DNA from: Stylophora pistillata
Lineage: Eukaryota
Length of the DNA stretch: 64,000 bases
Assembly (NCBI RefSeq): GCF_002571385.2
Contig: NW_019217905.1
Location: forward strand, 124,070 to 188,069
Direction: 5' to 3'
The translations under genes were made by a program, and so were the position numbers. Below are positions 63,123 to 64,000 of this stretch, piece by piece (within the stretch, counting starts at the first letter, position 1; the number at the start of each line of letters is the position of its first letter). The notes below the pieces were generated by a model. It saw only the letters and a program-made list of their open reading frames with translations, was not told the origin of the DNA and made no database searches.

Positions 63123-64000
63123 AACGTCAGCTTTTTTATTCGTTTCGGTGGCCAATTTGTAATTTCAACTGAGTTGATATAACAAAATTACCTTGTTACC
63201 CCCACCGACGCAGCACCACAGTTTCTTTAGGAACTTTTAGCCTTCATTCATTGAAGTATTGTAGTGGTCACATCGACAAGTATTTTTATAGGTGCACATT
63301 ATCTTACTAATTGCATTTATTCATCTTTTTATCGTTTTTAATATTTTAAGCTTTCTAGGCTTAAACTTTTTCTAATTTTGGTGTACAATTTATCCCCTTT
63401 CAATTGAAGAAATAAAAAAAATTTCATCGAAGTGAATTAAAGATATAGCTAAACGTGCGCACGAAGCCTGTAACACGATACTGCAAATTATGCCCTCGAA
63501 AACAACCACTCTAGGAACGTTTTGAGTCGATGCCGTCTAAAATTGTGTGATTATCCCAAAAATTATAGATCAAATTGTTCGAGACTATCAACCTATCAAG
63601 TTTTTGTCAAGTGTTACTTCAAAAACACTTTCTTCCAGCTACCGCAAAGCGTACCGTGAACCGCTGAAATGACGCGCGTGATCAGTGCCAGTGGAAGTAT
63701 AAATGGGGTAACATTGGCCCATTGTATCTCTTAAACAAGCACGGTGACCTATCTTTTGTAATGAATTTTATTTAAACAGACATTGGTAGGAAACATTTAA
63801 GGAAATTTTAAAAAAGCTTGTTCGATAACTTTTTTTTCTGAGGAATCACCTTAAACCTAGAGTTTACTGAGCATTTGGGTTGTATTTTGGTAGGCAAAGT
63901 TGTTTTTACTCACCATTTCTACCATATTTTTCTACACAACAGTTCCAGAAGGCCTCTCTGCAGTCATCAGGCAAATTTTTGTTGGCGTCCAACGAAAGCT
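47675..64000 (-). CDS. C3: Complement C3-like thioester protein, paralog B (anaphylatoxin domain to C345C; 5' part outside window)
   Basis: Exons: 63914->64000 (partial, CREAFWNCC), 62332-62452 (SALLGR|S, FPETW), 61514-61751, 60068-60310, 58695-58746, [possible 57554-57562], 57161-57223, 56286-56477 (GCGEQ 56392-56406), 55586-55664, 54826-54988 (VIHREM), 54240-54320, 53830-53998, 52968-53134, 52712-52867, 51497-51565, 50893-51245 (K/R insert), 50499-50586 (GMAIMDIGILTGF), 49865-49936, 49616-49721 (VYDYYEP), 48969-49064, 48800-48877, 47675-47991 (C345C, TGA stop). Intron positions and phases match C3-A except in the CUB loop. Confidence 0.95.
48080..48419 (-). mobile_element. LINE 3' end with (ACT)n tail, running into an assembly gap
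   Basis: Minus-strand peptide SLHGFKSKIR...DGCKKCALCSS*, then AATAAA and the trinucleotide tail at 48080-48152. Confidence 0.45.
50343..50398. repeat. (CT)n microsatellite
   Basis: Seen directly. Confidence 0.95.
50893..51245 (-). CDS. C3: C3-B exon with Lys/Arg-rich alpha/gamma insert
   Basis: 353 nt, paralogous to 278-630. Confidence 0.92.
51830..52516 (+). mobile_element. LINE (CR1/L2-like) 3' fragment
   Basis: SRLTIR...RIGTKVWNE ORF2-tail-like peptide, AATAAA and a (TATG)n tail. Confidence 0.45.
56286..56477 (-). CDS. C3: C3-B thioester exon (PTGCGEQTM)
   Basis: GCGEQ motif; same 192-nt length as the C3-A exon. Confidence 0.97.
58933..59664. mobile_element. Inverted plus tandem ~249-bp repeat carrying three tRNA-Thr-like sequences, 12-bp TSD
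   Basis: tRNA-like units at 59056-59128(-), 59271-59343(+) and 59520-59592(+); flanking direct repeat ACAAGGCTATAA at 58921-58932 and 59665-59676. Confidence 0.8.
59271..59343 (+). tRNA. tRNA-Thr(GGT)-like sequence, probably a repeat-borne pseudo-tRNA
   Basis: Cloverleaf: GGCTTGT/ACAGGCC acceptor stem, TAGCTCAATTGGTAGAGC D arm, CT-GGT-AT loop, GGTTCGAATCC T arm; imperfect stems. Confidence 0.35.
62880..63250 (+). mobile_element. Penelope-like element 3' end and pseudo-LTR
   Basis: FQIGTLNPTGINERFSFH* followed by a hammerhead motif; homologous to 10250-10460, 14660-14822 and 44720-45225. Confidence 0.7.
63096..63132 (+). ncRNA. Minimal type I hammerhead ribozyme motif (PLE-associated)
   Basis: GCT-CTGACGA-AGGGCTAACGCTC-GAAAC-GTC-AGC: intact core, stem II, GUC triplet, short stem I. 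Confidence 0.65.

Overview
Eukaryotic (animal) genomic DNA, AT-rich and intron-rich, most likely from an anthozoan cnidarian such as a stony coral. That assignment is inferred from the Lys/Arg-rich C3 insert and the repeat content. The window holds a compact minus-strand complement cluster of three genes. In transcription order these are: the 3' two-thirds of a thioester complement C3 gene ('C3-B', 64000->47675); a factor B/C2-like gene (43332->30365; signal peptide, 6 CCP, vWA, trypsin-like protease); and the first 36 coding exons of a second C3 paralog ('C3-A', 27039->278, running off the window). I reconstructed exons by hand from GT/AG sites, phase continuity and similarity to C3/Bf. Notable points: (i) direct C3-Bf-C3 linkage, reminiscent of vertebrate MHC class III; (ii) one in-frame TGA in exon 18 of the otherwise intact C3-A; (iii) a conserved C-x11-C cationic insert at the alpha/gamma junction of both C3s; (iv) a Bf that keeps a canonical R-IVGG zymogen site and Asp189, with its catalytic-His exon not found (probably in an assembly gap); (v) intronic Penelope-like elements with minimal hammerhead ribozymes, an inverted/tandem tRNA-Thr-like element, an IS3EU-like foldback element, SINEs and MITEs. 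Most short six-frame ORFs are intronic noise or exon fragments.
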